From Candidatus Kerfeldbacteria bacterium (GTDB lineage Bacteria > Patescibacteriota > Patescibacteriia > UBA9570 > XYC2-FULL-38-9), in the NCBI GenBank assembly GCA_043813585.1, contig JBDRKW010000006.1:15444-79443 (forward strand): a stretch of 64,000 nucleotides of DNA. The letters are read 5' to 3'. The notes below the pieces were generated by a model. It was not told the DNA's origin, made no database searches, and saw only the letters and a list, made by a program, of their open reading frames with translations. This document shows, one piece after another, positions 38,400-47,566 of this stretch. The first letter of the stretch is position 1, and each line of letters opens with the position of its first letter. The position numbers were made by a program, and so were the translations under genes.

Positions 38400-38663
38400 A
38401 TGCTAAGCAACGAAAAAATCGACGTGTACGGTACCGGAACAGTCGGCGAAAAAGGACAAATCGTCATTCCGGCGGCCGCGCGCAAGGCCATGGGCATCAA
38501 CCCTGGCGACAACTTCATCTTTTTCAGCCACGGCCCGCTTATCCACATGGTCCGCGCCGACCAGCTGAACGAACTGATCGACAAAGCGACGAAAAAATTC
38601 ACCTCGCACTTAAACGGACTGAAAGACGCGCTGCAGCAGCCGAATAATACAAAAAAGAAATAA
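38400..38663 (+). CDS. AbrB/MazE/SpoVT family DNA-binding protein
   Basis: TVGEKGQIVIPAAARKAMGINPGD motif. Confidence 0.92.
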   Translation: MLSNEKIDVYGTGTVGEKGQIVIPAAARKAMGINPGDNFIFFSHGPLIHMVRADQLNELIDKATKKFTSHLNGLKDALQQPNNTKKK

Positions 38664-38668
38664 CGCCT

Positions 38669-39484
38669 ATGGACAACATTATATCCGTACAGGGATTAAC
38701 CAAAAAATTCAAAAAGTTCACCGCAGTTAACAATATCAGCTTTGACATCCGCAACGGCGAAGTCTTCGGATTCCTCGGCCCGAACGGGGCGGGAAAATCG
38801 ACGACGATTCGCATCCTCTCTACCCTCCTCCGGCCTACCGACGGCACGGCAACCGTCAACGGGTTTGATGTGATTAAACAGCCAGACGACGTGCGAAAGT
38901 ATATCGGTCTGGTCGCGGAAAAAATTATTCTGTACGAACACCTTACCGCCATGGAAAACCTGGAGTTTTTCGGCAAGCTCTACGACCTTTCTGAAGATGA
39001 AATCCACCGCCGGGCGGATAAATGGGTGGAACGGCTCCACATGACCGAATGGATGGACGCGCAGGTCGGAACCTTCTCCACCGGCATGAAACAGCGCATC
39101 AATATCGTTCGCGCGCTCCTGACCGAACCGAAAATCCTGTTTTTGGACGAACCGACGCTCGGTCTGGACCCGCAAACCTCAAACATGATCCGCGAATTCA
39201 TCCGCGAACTGAATACCCAGGGTGTCACCGTGCTGCTCACAACGCACGGCATGATTGAGGCGGAATCGCTCTGCGACTGGATCGCCATCATCGACCACGG
39301 AGATATCGTCGCCATCGATACGGTCGACGGCCTGAAAAAACTGGTTCCGGACAAAGAACACCCGACCCTGGAAGATGTCTTCCTTAATGTTACCGGCAAA
39401 GAGATCCGCGACACGGCATCAGCGCATGCCCCGACAACGCATCGCCACGGGTTCATGAAAAAAAACAATAACCGGGTACGCTAA
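38669..39484 (+). CDS. ABC-2 type transporter ATP-binding protein
   Basis: GPNGAGKST, FSTGMKQR, FLDEPTLGLD, LTTH. Confidence 0.95.
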   Translation: MDNIISVQGLTKKFKKFTAVNNISFDIRNGEVFGFLGPNGAGKSTTIRILSTLLRPTDGTATVNGFDVIKQPDDVRKYIGLVAEKIILYEHLTAMENLEFFGKLYDLSEDEIHRRADKWVERLHMTEWMDAQVGTFSTGMKQRINIVRALLTEPKILFLDEPTLGLDPQTSNMIREFIRELNTQGVTVLLTTHGMIEAESLCDWIAIIDHGDIVAIDTVDGLKKLVPDKEHPTLEDVFLNVTGKEIRDTASAHAPTTHRHGFMKKNNNRVR

Positions 39485-39488
39485 CCAT

Positions 39489-40685
39489 ATGAAAACACTC
39501 AAAAACCTTTGGCAAATAGCAAAAAAGGACCTGCTGGAATTCCGGCGCGACCGGCTGCGTCTGGTGACGTTCTTCATCATGCCTATGTTCATGATGGTCC
39601 TCACCGGATACATCTTCCCGAACCAAAACACCCTAAAGGACATCCCGATCGGCATCGCAAACCTGGATAATGGCGCAGTCAGCCAACAATTGGAAGAGGC
39701 TATCAGCGGCCTGTCCCTTTCCGGGGAAACGTCGGCGTTTGCGCTGACCACCTATGATTCTGCCGACGCAATCAAAGACGGCATTTCCAGCCAGGATATC
39801 AGTGGCGGCATTGCGATCCCGGCCGACTTCTCGGAAAAAATCGCGCGCAACGAGCAGGTGGAGGTCCAGATAATCGAAGACCAGTCCAACCCGCAGATTT
39901 CACAGATCGTCAACCAGGTGCTTTCTAACATCGTCAGCGGCATGAGCGACCAGATCAGCGTCCAGACCGTTACCGGATTGATCGGCGCAACCGCGACGCC
40001 CGATACCCAGCCGTCCCTCTCCCCTGTTGCCGTGCTTAAGCCGATACAGTCAAAGATCGTCGGCATTATCGCATCCAACCCGAACTATTTTGAATTCATC
40101 GCGCCCGGCATCATGGCCATGGTCGTCATGACCGCCGTACTCACCGGCCTGGCCGCTTCCATCTCGCGCGAAAAGGAAACCGGGACGCTCGACGGCATCC
40201 TGATCTCGCCGATCAACCGGCTGTCGATCATTCTCGGCAAGGCGGTGGCCCAGTCGGTCCGCGGCCTGATCCAGGGCGGCATTGTGCTGCTGCTCGCCTT
40301 CCTCCTGTTCGGCGTCACGATCCACGGTAGCATCCTGCTGGTCATACTCCTTTTGCTGCTCGGTGTGTTCTCGTTTGTCGGGCTCGGCATCCTGGTCTCC
40401 GCAATTGCGACCGAACAGGAAACGGCAACCCAGCTCCTGTTCATGTTCCAGTTCCCGATGTTGTTTTTATCCGGCACCTTCTTCCCGATCCTGATGATGC
40501 CGAAGTTCATGCAAACAATTGCGTATTTTATTCCGCTCACCTATGCGATTGAAGCGCTGCGCAAAGTCATGGTGCTTGGCGCCGGCGTCCGTTCAATCCA
40601 GACCGAGATCATCGTTTTGGCAACCTTCGGCGTGGTCACGCTCATCATCGCCGTGCCCGCGTTCAAACGGGTCATAACTAGGTAG
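39489..40685 (+). CDS. ABC-2 type transporter permease
   Basis: REKETGTL, I.LGK, FLSGTFFP, PLTY motifs. Confidence 0.93.
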   Translation: MKTLKNLWQIAKKDLLEFRRDRLRLVTFFIMPMFMMVLTGYIFPNQNTLKDIPIGIANLDNGAVSQQLEEAISGLSLSGETSAFALTTYDSADAIKDGISSQDISGGIAIPADFSEKIARNEQVEVQIIEDQSNPQISQIVNQVLSNIVSGMSDQISVQTVTGLIGATATPDTQPSLSPVAVLKPIQSKIVGIIASNPNYFEFIAPGIMAMVVMTAVLTGLAASISREKETGTLDGILISPINRLSIILGKAVAQSVRGLIQGGIVLLLAFLLFGVTIHGSILLVILLLLLGVFSFVGLGILVSAIATEQETATQLLFMFQFPMLFLSGTFFPILMMPKFMQTIAYFIPLTYAIEALRKVMVLGAGVRSIQTEIIVLATFGVVTLIIAVPAFKRVITR

Positions 40686-40738
40686 CGGAAAACTGAAAAG
40701 ACCCGGAGTGTTTTTCATTGTGACATGAAATACGATGA

Positions 40739-40939
40739 TGCTGGGGAGGAGGGATTTCCGCGTCGCTTCGCTCCTTATCCTGGGCAGCGGCAGCGTGCCA
40801 CTGGCACCCTGCCGGCGCTCCCATCGTCGCATGCGCTCCTCGTTCGCTGCTGCCCGTTCTCATCCCTACTCTTTTCAACCAAAAAACGCCGGAGCCCCTG
40901 ACGGGGCTACGACGTTTTTTTTGCTGGGGAGGAGGGATT
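40739..40939. repeat. 18-bp duplication of the tRNA-Gln 3' end flanking a short palindromic element
   Basis: TGCTGGGGAGGAGGGATT at 40739-40756 and at 40922-40939. Confidence 0.85.
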
Positions 40940-40995
40940 CGAACCCCCGAATGCAAGGACCAGAACCTTGTGCCTTACCGCTTGGCGACTCCCCA
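40924..40995 (-). tRNA. tRNA-Gln(CTG)
   Basis: TGGGGAG..CAAGG-TT-CTG-GT-CCTTG..GGTTCGAATCC..CTCCCCAG cloverleaf; no encoded CCA. Confidence 0.96.
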
Positions 40996-41061
40996 ATATG
41001 CCACAAACACTCTATACCAACCGTTGATTTTTTTCAAGCGTCACGGTCGCGCCTGCGGTTC

Positions 41062-42726
41062 CTAGCCGGAGTTTGACGAATCAAACGTGCTTGTTGCCAG
41101 GTCCCAGACGTTTGCCAGCTCCTCTTCCGGCGGCTGTTCAATATTGGATTTCTCCTTGCTCGCCTGGGCTGCGTATTTTGAATCAATATCAACCTGGATC
41201 GAAATCGGCCGGCCGAACACTTTCTCGAACACATCATCGATCACCTTGCGGTTGCGCAAATCATTCAGCCGGTCTTCATAAAACTTATACTCATACCCCA
41301 TGGTGATCTCGCCGTCTTCATACGAAACCAGCTGCCCCACCTTGAACGTCAGGTGCAGTGCGTGGTTGGCGCGCTTCATCTCCTTTAATAACGTTGTCCA
41401 CTTTTTTTGAATGTAATCCAAAGAAACCTCCCGCACCGGTGCTGATGATTCAGCAAATCCCGGCTCCTGCTCCGGAGCCGCTACCTCCCGCTGCGAAAAC
41501 GATGCTGCAGGAGATGCAGGTTGCGGCGGAGCCGGCTCGATTGGATGTTGTGTGTCAGACCCGCCGGCACCTGATGAACCGGGCGCGGACGGCGCGTCAT
41601 CTTCCGGAACGTCTGCCGGTGCAGCCGGGCTGCCATTTCCCGCAGCGAGCTTGATCACTGCCAGTTCAAGCGGAAGCTGCGGAATGGCCGCTGCCTTCAA
41701 CTGCTCTTGTGCCTCTAAAAATGCCTCGAGCATCCTTGATATTTCGAGCGCATCCTTCTGCTGCGCCAGTGTCGTAATTTTTCCGATGTCCTCCTTGCTC
41801 AAATCAAGGTACTGCAGCGGAACCAGCGACTGCTGCACCACGTGCAGCAGCACCTTCCGTAAAAATTCAATCATGTCCTTTGTAAAATCATTCAGCATCA
41901 CCCCTTCTTCCAGCAGGCGGTTGATGCGCGATATGCTGTTGGACGCCTGGCCGCGGACAATCTCTTCCCATAACCCCACCACCTCGGACATGTCAGATCG
42001 CGGCAGCACAATCTCGGCCATCTCCGCCGTAATCTGTTTTTCATCAAGCGACAGCACCTGCCCCAATAGACTTTCGGCGTCGCGCAGTGCGCCTTCCGAA
42101 CGCTTGGCAACGGCATGCAGCACCTCGTCGTCAACGCGCTTGCCTTCAGCCGTCACCAGCTTCTTCAGCCGCCCGACCATGTCGTCAAACGAGATCTTCC
42201 GGAAATTAAAACGCTCACAGCGCGAAATGATGGTTGCCGGCACTTTATGGATCTCGGTCGTCGCCAAAATGAACATCGTACGCGATGGTGGCTCTTCCAG
42301 CGTCTTCAACAGCGCATTAAACGCGGATGTCGACAGCATGTGGACTTCATCAATAATAAACACCTTCCACTGCAGCACAGACGGCGCCACGCGCGCATTA
42401 TCAATAATATTTTCGCGGACATTATCCACGCCAGTGTGCGACGCCGCATCAATTTCTACAATATCAAGCGCCTTGTTCTCGTGAATAGAGCGGCAGTTGA
42501 TGCATACATTGCACGGCTCGCCGTCTTTCAACTGTTCACAGTTCACTGCACGCGCCAACAGCCGCGCCGTGGTTGTTTTGCCGATGCCGCGCGGGCCGGA
42601 AAAAAGGTACGCATGCGCAACCGCGCCGCTCTTCAGCTCATTTAAAAGCGTCTGGCGGACATGATCCTGCCCGACTAGGTCGAAAAAGGTCTGCGGACGG
42701 TATTTTTGGTAAAGCGATGTGGCCAT
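41062..42726 (-). CDS. dnaX: DNA polymerase III subunit gamma/tau
   Basis: YQKYRP, GPRGIGKTT, EIDAASH.GVD, IIDEVHML, SRC. Confidence 0.97.
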   Translation of the reverse strand: MATSLYQKYRPQTFFDLVGQDHVRQTLLNELKSGAVAHAYLFSGPRGIGKTTTARLLARAVNCEQLKDGEPCNVCINCRSIHENKALDIVEIDAASHTGVDNVRENIIDNARVAPSVLQWKVFIIDEVHMLSTSAFNALLKTLEEPPSRTMFILATTEIHKVPATIISRCERFNFRKISFDDMVGRLKKLVTAEGKRVDDEVLHAVAKRSEGALRDAESLLGQVLSLDEKQITAEMAEIVLPRSDMSEVVGLWEEIVRGQASNSISRINRLLEEGVMLNDFTKDMIEFLRKVLLHVVQQSLVPLQYLDLSKEDIGKITTLAQQKDALEISRMLEAFLEAQEQLKAAAIPQLPLELAVIKLAAGNGSPAAPADVPEDDAPSAPGSSGAGGSDTQHPIEPAPPQPASPAASFSQREVAAPEQEPGFAESSAPVREVSLDYIQKKWTTLLKEMKRANHALHLTFKVGQLVSYEDGEITMGYEYKFYEDRLNDLRNRKVIDDVFEKVFGRPISIQVDIDSKYAAQASKEKSNIEQPPEEELANVWDLATSTFDSSNSG

Positions 42727-42806
42727 TCTTTAAAAAATAGTGATCTGACGTTAAAGACCCCGTTGGTACGAGGCCTCCTGTGTTTTTCGGTTTTGAAAGT
42801 ATAACG

Positions 42807-43454
42807 CTATTCCCCGTCCGGCGCAACCGGTGCCGGAAGCTCCATTTCATCGCCCAGCGGCAGCTCTGCTGACGCGCCCTCAAGCTCTTCGTATTCATCC
42901 AAATCCGGCTCTGCAGCGCCCTTAATGATATTCTCAACCGCCGCCCATTTGCTGTCCATATCCTCCGGAATCAGCACAATCACCGTATCCCCAGGCTCGC
43001 CTTTGAAATAGGTCACGCTTGCCGTCAACAGACGGAATGTATGCCCATTCTTGGCAATCACACGGAACGCACCGCTGTCGTTTCGCACCAGGCGGCCGAA
43101 CTGCCGCTTGCGCGTGACCGGGCCGATCTGCTTATAAATAAAACTGCCGTCCGGTTTGATGGTCAGCTTCATGATATCCCCCTCTACCAGCTTGGATTTG
43201 CTCGCGTAGTTTGCCGGTACCGTATATATTTTCCCGTCCGGACCGACCATATTCTGGCCGTCGAACACGCCCTCGATTATTGATTCATCGCCGTTTGCTT
43301 CAGCGCTGCCGACCTCTGCCGCTTTCTCCCTGGCCGAACGCAATTCATCAACGGGTCCCAGCTCTGCGACATACTGTTTTAAAGCATCAAGCTGCGTTTC
43401 GATATTTTCGATCATCTTATGCAGCTGCTCAAGCACGTTGTTTTCGTCTGTCAT
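42807..43454 (-). CDS. Hypothetical protein (family recalled from CPR genomes)
   Basis: IIEGVFDGQNM...DGK.Y.VPANYASKSKLVEGD motif; clean ORF. Confidence 0.75.
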   Translation of the reverse strand: MTDENNVLEQLHKMIENIETQLDALKQYVAELGPVDELRSAREKAAEVGSAEANGDESIIEGVFDGQNMVGPDGKIYTVPANYASKSKLVEGDIMKLTIKPDGSFIYKQIGPVTRKRQFGRLVRNDSGAFRVIAKNGHTFRLLTASVTYFKGEPGDTVIVLIPEDMDSKWAAVENIIKGAAEPDLDEYEELEGASAELPLGDEMELPAPVAPDGE

Positions 43455-43565
43455 ATTGTCTTTTTATTTTCTTTTTTGCCCCCATATCATAGCGCGGGCG
43501 AGTAAATTAGTAAAGACCAAAAAACCCCTCGTTTAAGGGGCTTGTTCACAAAATGTGCGCAGCTC

Positions 43566-43886
43566 TTATACCGCCATCTGGTCGATCTTTTCGATAACAA
43601 TATGCTCCTCGTCCATCAGCTTTTTCAGCCCTTCCGTGTCCTTATTAGTTATCAGATCCTTTTTCTGCTTTACAATATCGACAATCGCCCGGATCTTTGC
43701 CGGATTATCCATAAAATATTCAATCGCAACCTCGCGCTGGCCGTCAGGCATTAAATCCAATACACGGAAAAAAACATCCTGGTCTCTTTTACCAAGCCCT
43801 TCAAATGGATCAGTTGGGATCATCTCCTCTTCATCCCCCAGCTCCTCATCCATATCTTCCCAGGTATCGTCTAAATAGTCCCCCAT
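43566..43886 (-). CDS. Hypothetical acidic helical protein
   Basis: 106-aa ATG ORF with protein-like composition, followed by a hairpin at ~43519-43543. Confidence 0.65.
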   Translation of the reverse strand: MGDYLDDTWEDMDEELGDEEEMIPTDPFEGLGKRDQDVFFRVLDLMPDGQREVAIEYFMDNPAKIRAIVDIVKQKKDLITNKDTEGLKKLMDEEHIVIEKIDQMAV

Positions 43887-43911
43887 AAGGTTCTTCTGTC
43901 GTTACGGTAAA

Positions 43912-44163
43912 TTATTCACCCGACTGGCGAGATGCCAGCTTCGCCTCCCATGCTTCTCGGCCGCGGTTCGGGTCGCCTTCATCCAGGGCTGCCGAATGCG
44001 CAGAACCGAAAATGCTCGCGGTCAGCTGCCCGCGTTCACTCTCCCCCAGCTTTGAATAGTGCTTCCATGTAGTTTCCGGGTTGGAAAGCAGGAATGCCAC
44101 TTCGTCCGTGGTCAGGCCGTTCGCCCGATCTACAGACGTTGTTTCTGGTGCTCGTTCTCGCAT
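43912..44163 (-). CDS. Hypothetical small protein
   Basis: 83-aa ATG ORF with an upstream TTGACA-17-TAAACC promoter candidate. Confidence 0.55.
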   Translation of the reverse strand: MRERAPETTSVDRANGLTTDEVAFLLSNPETTWKHYSKLGESERGQLTASIFGSAHSAALDEGDPNRGREAWEAKLASRQSGE

Positions 44164-44290
44164 AGGATGTATTGATTCTAACGTATTTTATTAATGGAGA
44201 CAATTCTTCGCTAACCTCAGTAACGTATTGGGTTTATCACACATTTTTGAATTTGTCAAGCCCTATGCGGTTCTAATACGCCAACATTAG

Positions 44291-46828
44291 CTAAATAAAC
44301 GCATCAGGTCCTAGTGAATGCGTTGCGCCCAATTTATCAAGCTGTGCGCGTTCTTTAATATCATCTTCCACCTCTTCGCGCGGACGCCCATATTTCAGGC
44401 GCGACAGCTCCTTGAGAGTTTCTATCAGTTTCGGGTCGCCCTCGGGCGGCATGATTGTCGTCATGTTAAACGGCCTGGAAGCGGTGTTTTCAATCAATAA
44501 TTTCATGTTCGCGGTATATTTTTCCACATTGATGATATCGTTCTCATCAAATACCGGTTCAAACTCCTTCACCAATACCTCAGCGTCCTCCGCACCCACG
44601 CGGAACGCGAGCATAGTGCCGGCATTGCCGAATACGGCATCCCGCACTTTTGCGTCATTATTCACGACCAGTTGGCTGACATACTGGTGGGCCATGATCA
44701 TATTCAGCTTATATTTTCTGGCTTCAGATAAAATGATTGCAATCGAGTCCGTGGCAAAATTCTGGAACTCATCCATGTAGAGGTAGAAGTCCTTGCGCTG
44801 CTCTTTCGGTATATCAGCGCGCGCCATGGCCGCCATCTGGATCTTCGTGACTAGAATCAAGCCAAGCAGAGATGAGTTCACTTCGCCGATCTTGCCTTTG
44901 GACAAGTTCACCAAAAGAATCTTCTGGTTGTCCATCACCTCGCGAAGGTTGAACGCGGAATCTTTCTGGCCGATGATATTGCGCATCATGTCATTCGTCA
45001 GGAACCGTCCGATCTTGGAAATGACATACGAAAGCATATCCGCGGCCTGCTGCCCTGCCTGCGACTGCTCATATTCCTGCTCCCAGAAATTCTTCACGAT
45101 CATGTTCTTCACATTCGCGACCTTCTCTTTGCGGAACGTATCGTCCGTAAACATGCGCGGAATTTCCACCAATGTCGCGCCGGCCTCCTTGTCCTCCATC
45201 AGCGCCAGCATGGCGTTGCGCATGTAGTGCTCAAACATAGGGCCGATCATCTCTTCGCCGAACAGCTTGTAGAAAATCGCCACCATCTCCTGCACCGCAA
45301 AATCCTTCTGCTCGTCATTCTCGTATTCAAGCATGTTCAAACCCATCGGCCGCGACGTATCGCCCGGATCAAAATAGATCACATCGTCCGCGCGCTCCTT
45401 TGGGATATGCTTCATTACGTCCTCTACCAGGTCGCCGTGCGGATCGATAATCGCCACGCCCTCGCCGTTTTGGATGTCCTGGATGGCGCAGTACTGCAAA
45501 AAGACGGATTTACCGGAACCGGACTTACCGATCACATACATATGGCGGCGGCGGTCATCGCGCCTGATGCGCACCTCTGTCTCCGCACCGCGGTATTCAA
45601 TTTTACCGAGGATGATCCCCTCTTTCGGCATGTTCGACGGCGGCGGCGACTTGCGGGACAGGAGCCAGCGGATATTCGGTGTTTCCGTGTTTGTCAGCGG
45701 CAGGTGCCACAGCGACGCCATCTCTTTCGTGTTCAGCACATAACTGCCTTTCTCGTTGAAATGCCTGTAAATGAAATCCTCAATCAGCTCCTCGTCGCTC
45801 GACGGCTTGCTGGCAATGAATTTATTGCCGTACTGGTAGCCGGTATATTGGGTGAATGCGTTCAGTATATTGGTAAGCTTCATGGTCGCGAGCTCTTTGT
45901 TCGCAGCCGACACCACCACGCGGATATTCACGTCAAATCCGGACTTGCTGGTTTTTTCCTCCAGCATTTTCACGACCTCCTCTTCCATGGGCGACAGTTT
46001 GTATTCACGTTCCGTCTGCGGATCAATGCCCTGCCCTTCTTTGTTTTTGCCACGTGACAATCCCTTGCTGAATTCACGTATCACTTTGGAAATGGGATTG
46101 CCTGTTACTTCTGCCATCGCCTGGTCAAGCCGCTTCCCCTGCTGCATGGTTTGCGCGACTTTCACCGGCAGTCTGTGCCATTCCGGACGGGCCGAGCGCA
46201 GCACAATCTGGATGGCCGCGCCTTCTTCCTTTGTAAACTTCGACATTACGTTCGTAATCGAGTTCAGCGGATCAGATTCCATCTTGTCATAGGAGTTGAT
46301 CGCAAAAATCTGGCTCTTCTCCAAACGCAGCCGGGAACCGACAATCACGCCCTGCGGTTCAAAAATATTGTAATCTTCAACCTCAATGATTTGCGCGGAT
46401 TCGTACTGCGCCTGCAGCTGCTGTTCAAAATATTGCCGCATATACCGCGGGACCGCCGCATGAAACGTTACCAACCCATCACAGTCGGCAACTATCTCCA
46501 AAGAAAAATGGTCGGTACGGCCATACAGCCAGGCCTTAAATCCGCGCTGGGCTTTCACGCCGCCCATAGTCGCAAACAGTACTTCAGCAACCGAGATGCG
46601 CTCCTGCACCTGGTCGCGCGTCAGCTCCTGCTGCCCGCCGCCTTCTTCCTGGCTCTCCTTCGGAATCGTAACTTGCAGCACCACCATCTGGAACGCGCGC
46701 GGCTTGCGGAGGCTCTTCCGGATAATCGCACGCACGACAAAAAGCGCGGCAATCAAAAGTGCAACCGAGACCGCGATATACGCCCCGATCAGTACCAGTA
46801 TGTTGAGTCCGGCTATGAAATCGAACAT
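44291..46828 (-). CDS. VirD4/TraG-like (type IV coupling / HerA-FtsK superfamily) ATPase
   Basis: N-terminal TM, RRRHMYVIGKSGSGKS, IDPHGD, YMDEFQNF, LSEARKY, AHQY..Q. Confidence 0.9.
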   Translation of the reverse strand: MFDFIAGLNILVLIGAYIAVSVALLIAALFVVRAIIRKSLRKPRAFQMVVLQVTIPKESQEEGGGQQELTRDQVQERISVAEVLFATMGGVKAQRGFKAWLYGRTDHFSLEIVADCDGLVTFHAAVPRYMRQYFEQQLQAQYESAQIIEVEDYNIFEPQGVIVGSRLRLEKSQIFAINSYDKMESDPLNSITNVMSKFTKEEGAAIQIVLRSARPEWHRLPVKVAQTMQQGKRLDQAMAEVTGNPISKVIREFSKGLSRGKNKEGQGIDPQTEREYKLSPMEEEVVKMLEEKTSKSGFDVNIRVVVSAANKELATMKLTNILNAFTQYTGYQYGNKFIASKPSSDEELIEDFIYRHFNEKGSYVLNTKEMASLWHLPLTNTETPNIRWLLSRKSPPPSNMPKEGIILGKIEYRGAETEVRIRRDDRRRHMYVIGKSGSGKSVFLQYCAIQDIQNGEGVAIIDPHGDLVEDVMKHIPKERADDVIYFDPGDTSRPMGLNMLEYENDEQKDFAVQEMVAIFYKLFGEEMIGPMFEHYMRNAMLALMEDKEAGATLVEIPRMFTDDTFRKEKVANVKNMIVKNFWEQEYEQSQAGQQAADMLSYVISKIGRFLTNDMMRNIIGQKDSAFNLREVMDNQKILLVNLSKGKIGEVNSSLLGLILVTKIQMAAMARADIPKEQRKDFYLYMDEFQNFATDSIAIILSEARKYKLNMIMAHQYVSQLVVNNDAKVRDAVFGNAGTMLAFRVGAEDAEVLVKEFEPVFDENDIINVEKYTANMKLLIENTASRPFNMTTIMPPEGDPKLIETLKELSRLKYGRPREEVEDDIKERAQLDKLGATHSLGPDAFI

Positions 46829-46837
46829 CCTCCCGTG

Positions 46838-47461
46838 TTATTTGATATCTATATCTACCCGCGAACGCTGCTCTTTTTTTACCCTGGCCTGGAGCTTCAT
46901 GATGTCGTCGGTTTTCAGCTTCGTCTCCTGCTCCAGGAAATATTTATTCACCCGCGGGATGGTCGAAAGCCAAAGGCGGATGGCATCGAGCACTTTGCGC
47001 GCTGTTGCTTTGAACTGCGTGACCATAACCTCAATCTTTCCGGCAGCTTCCTCCCCCGCTATGCGAAACTGCTCCTGCTCCTGCGGCGTCATGCTCGCAT
47101 ACACTTCTGCCAGGCCCTCTGATAAAACCTCTTCAATTTCCTGGCGGGTTTTTGACTTGGCCTGCGGAGCTGCGGGTACGGCCGGCGCCTGCTGCTGGCC
47201 TGCCGGTACTGCGCCCGCCGAAGGCAGCGGCGCTGCTTCCGGCACCTGCCCCTCCTGAACCTGCGGTGCCTCCTGCACTGGGCCGGTATCCGGTAACGGA
47301 ACCGCTTCCGGGGCTATTGGCTGCTGTTCCGGAGCTGTCGATGCAGCTTCTTGAGGCATTCCCTGTTCCTGCGGCAACGCTACGCCAACACCAACCCCGG
47401 GCCGCAAAGGCTCCACTGGTTCAGTTGATGTTTTTTTCTGTCGTTTGAATAGCGCTGCCAT
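46838..47461 (-). CDS. Hypothetical protein with Pro/Gln-rich N-terminus, upstream partner of the VirD4-like ATPase
   Basis: IE..L.EGL...Y..M, W...IP.VN.YFLEQE.K.K.D C-terminal domain. Confidence 0.75.
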   Translation of the reverse strand: MAALFKRQKKTSTEPVEPLRPGVGVGVALPQEQGMPQEAASTAPEQQPIAPEAVPLPDTGPVQEAPQVQEGQVPEAAPLPSAGAVPAGQQQAPAVPAAPQAKSKTRQEIEEVLSEGLAEVYASMTPQEQEQFRIAGEEAAGKIEVMVTQFKATARKVLDAIRLWLSTIPRVNKYFLEQETKLKTDDIMKLQARVKKEQRSRVDIDIK

Positions 47462-47566
47462 GCCAGGTTGTCCTGATTCATTAACGGGATACAATATAGC
47501 ATAAATTGGACAATTCGGCAACAACGCCACTTCCGTAAAAACGCGAATTTTGGTACACTTTGCAAT

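Noticed and set aside
42727-42806. SRP RNA (ffs), often found upstream of dnaX
   Set aside because: Only a short terminator-like hairpin is present, with no SRP domain IV motif
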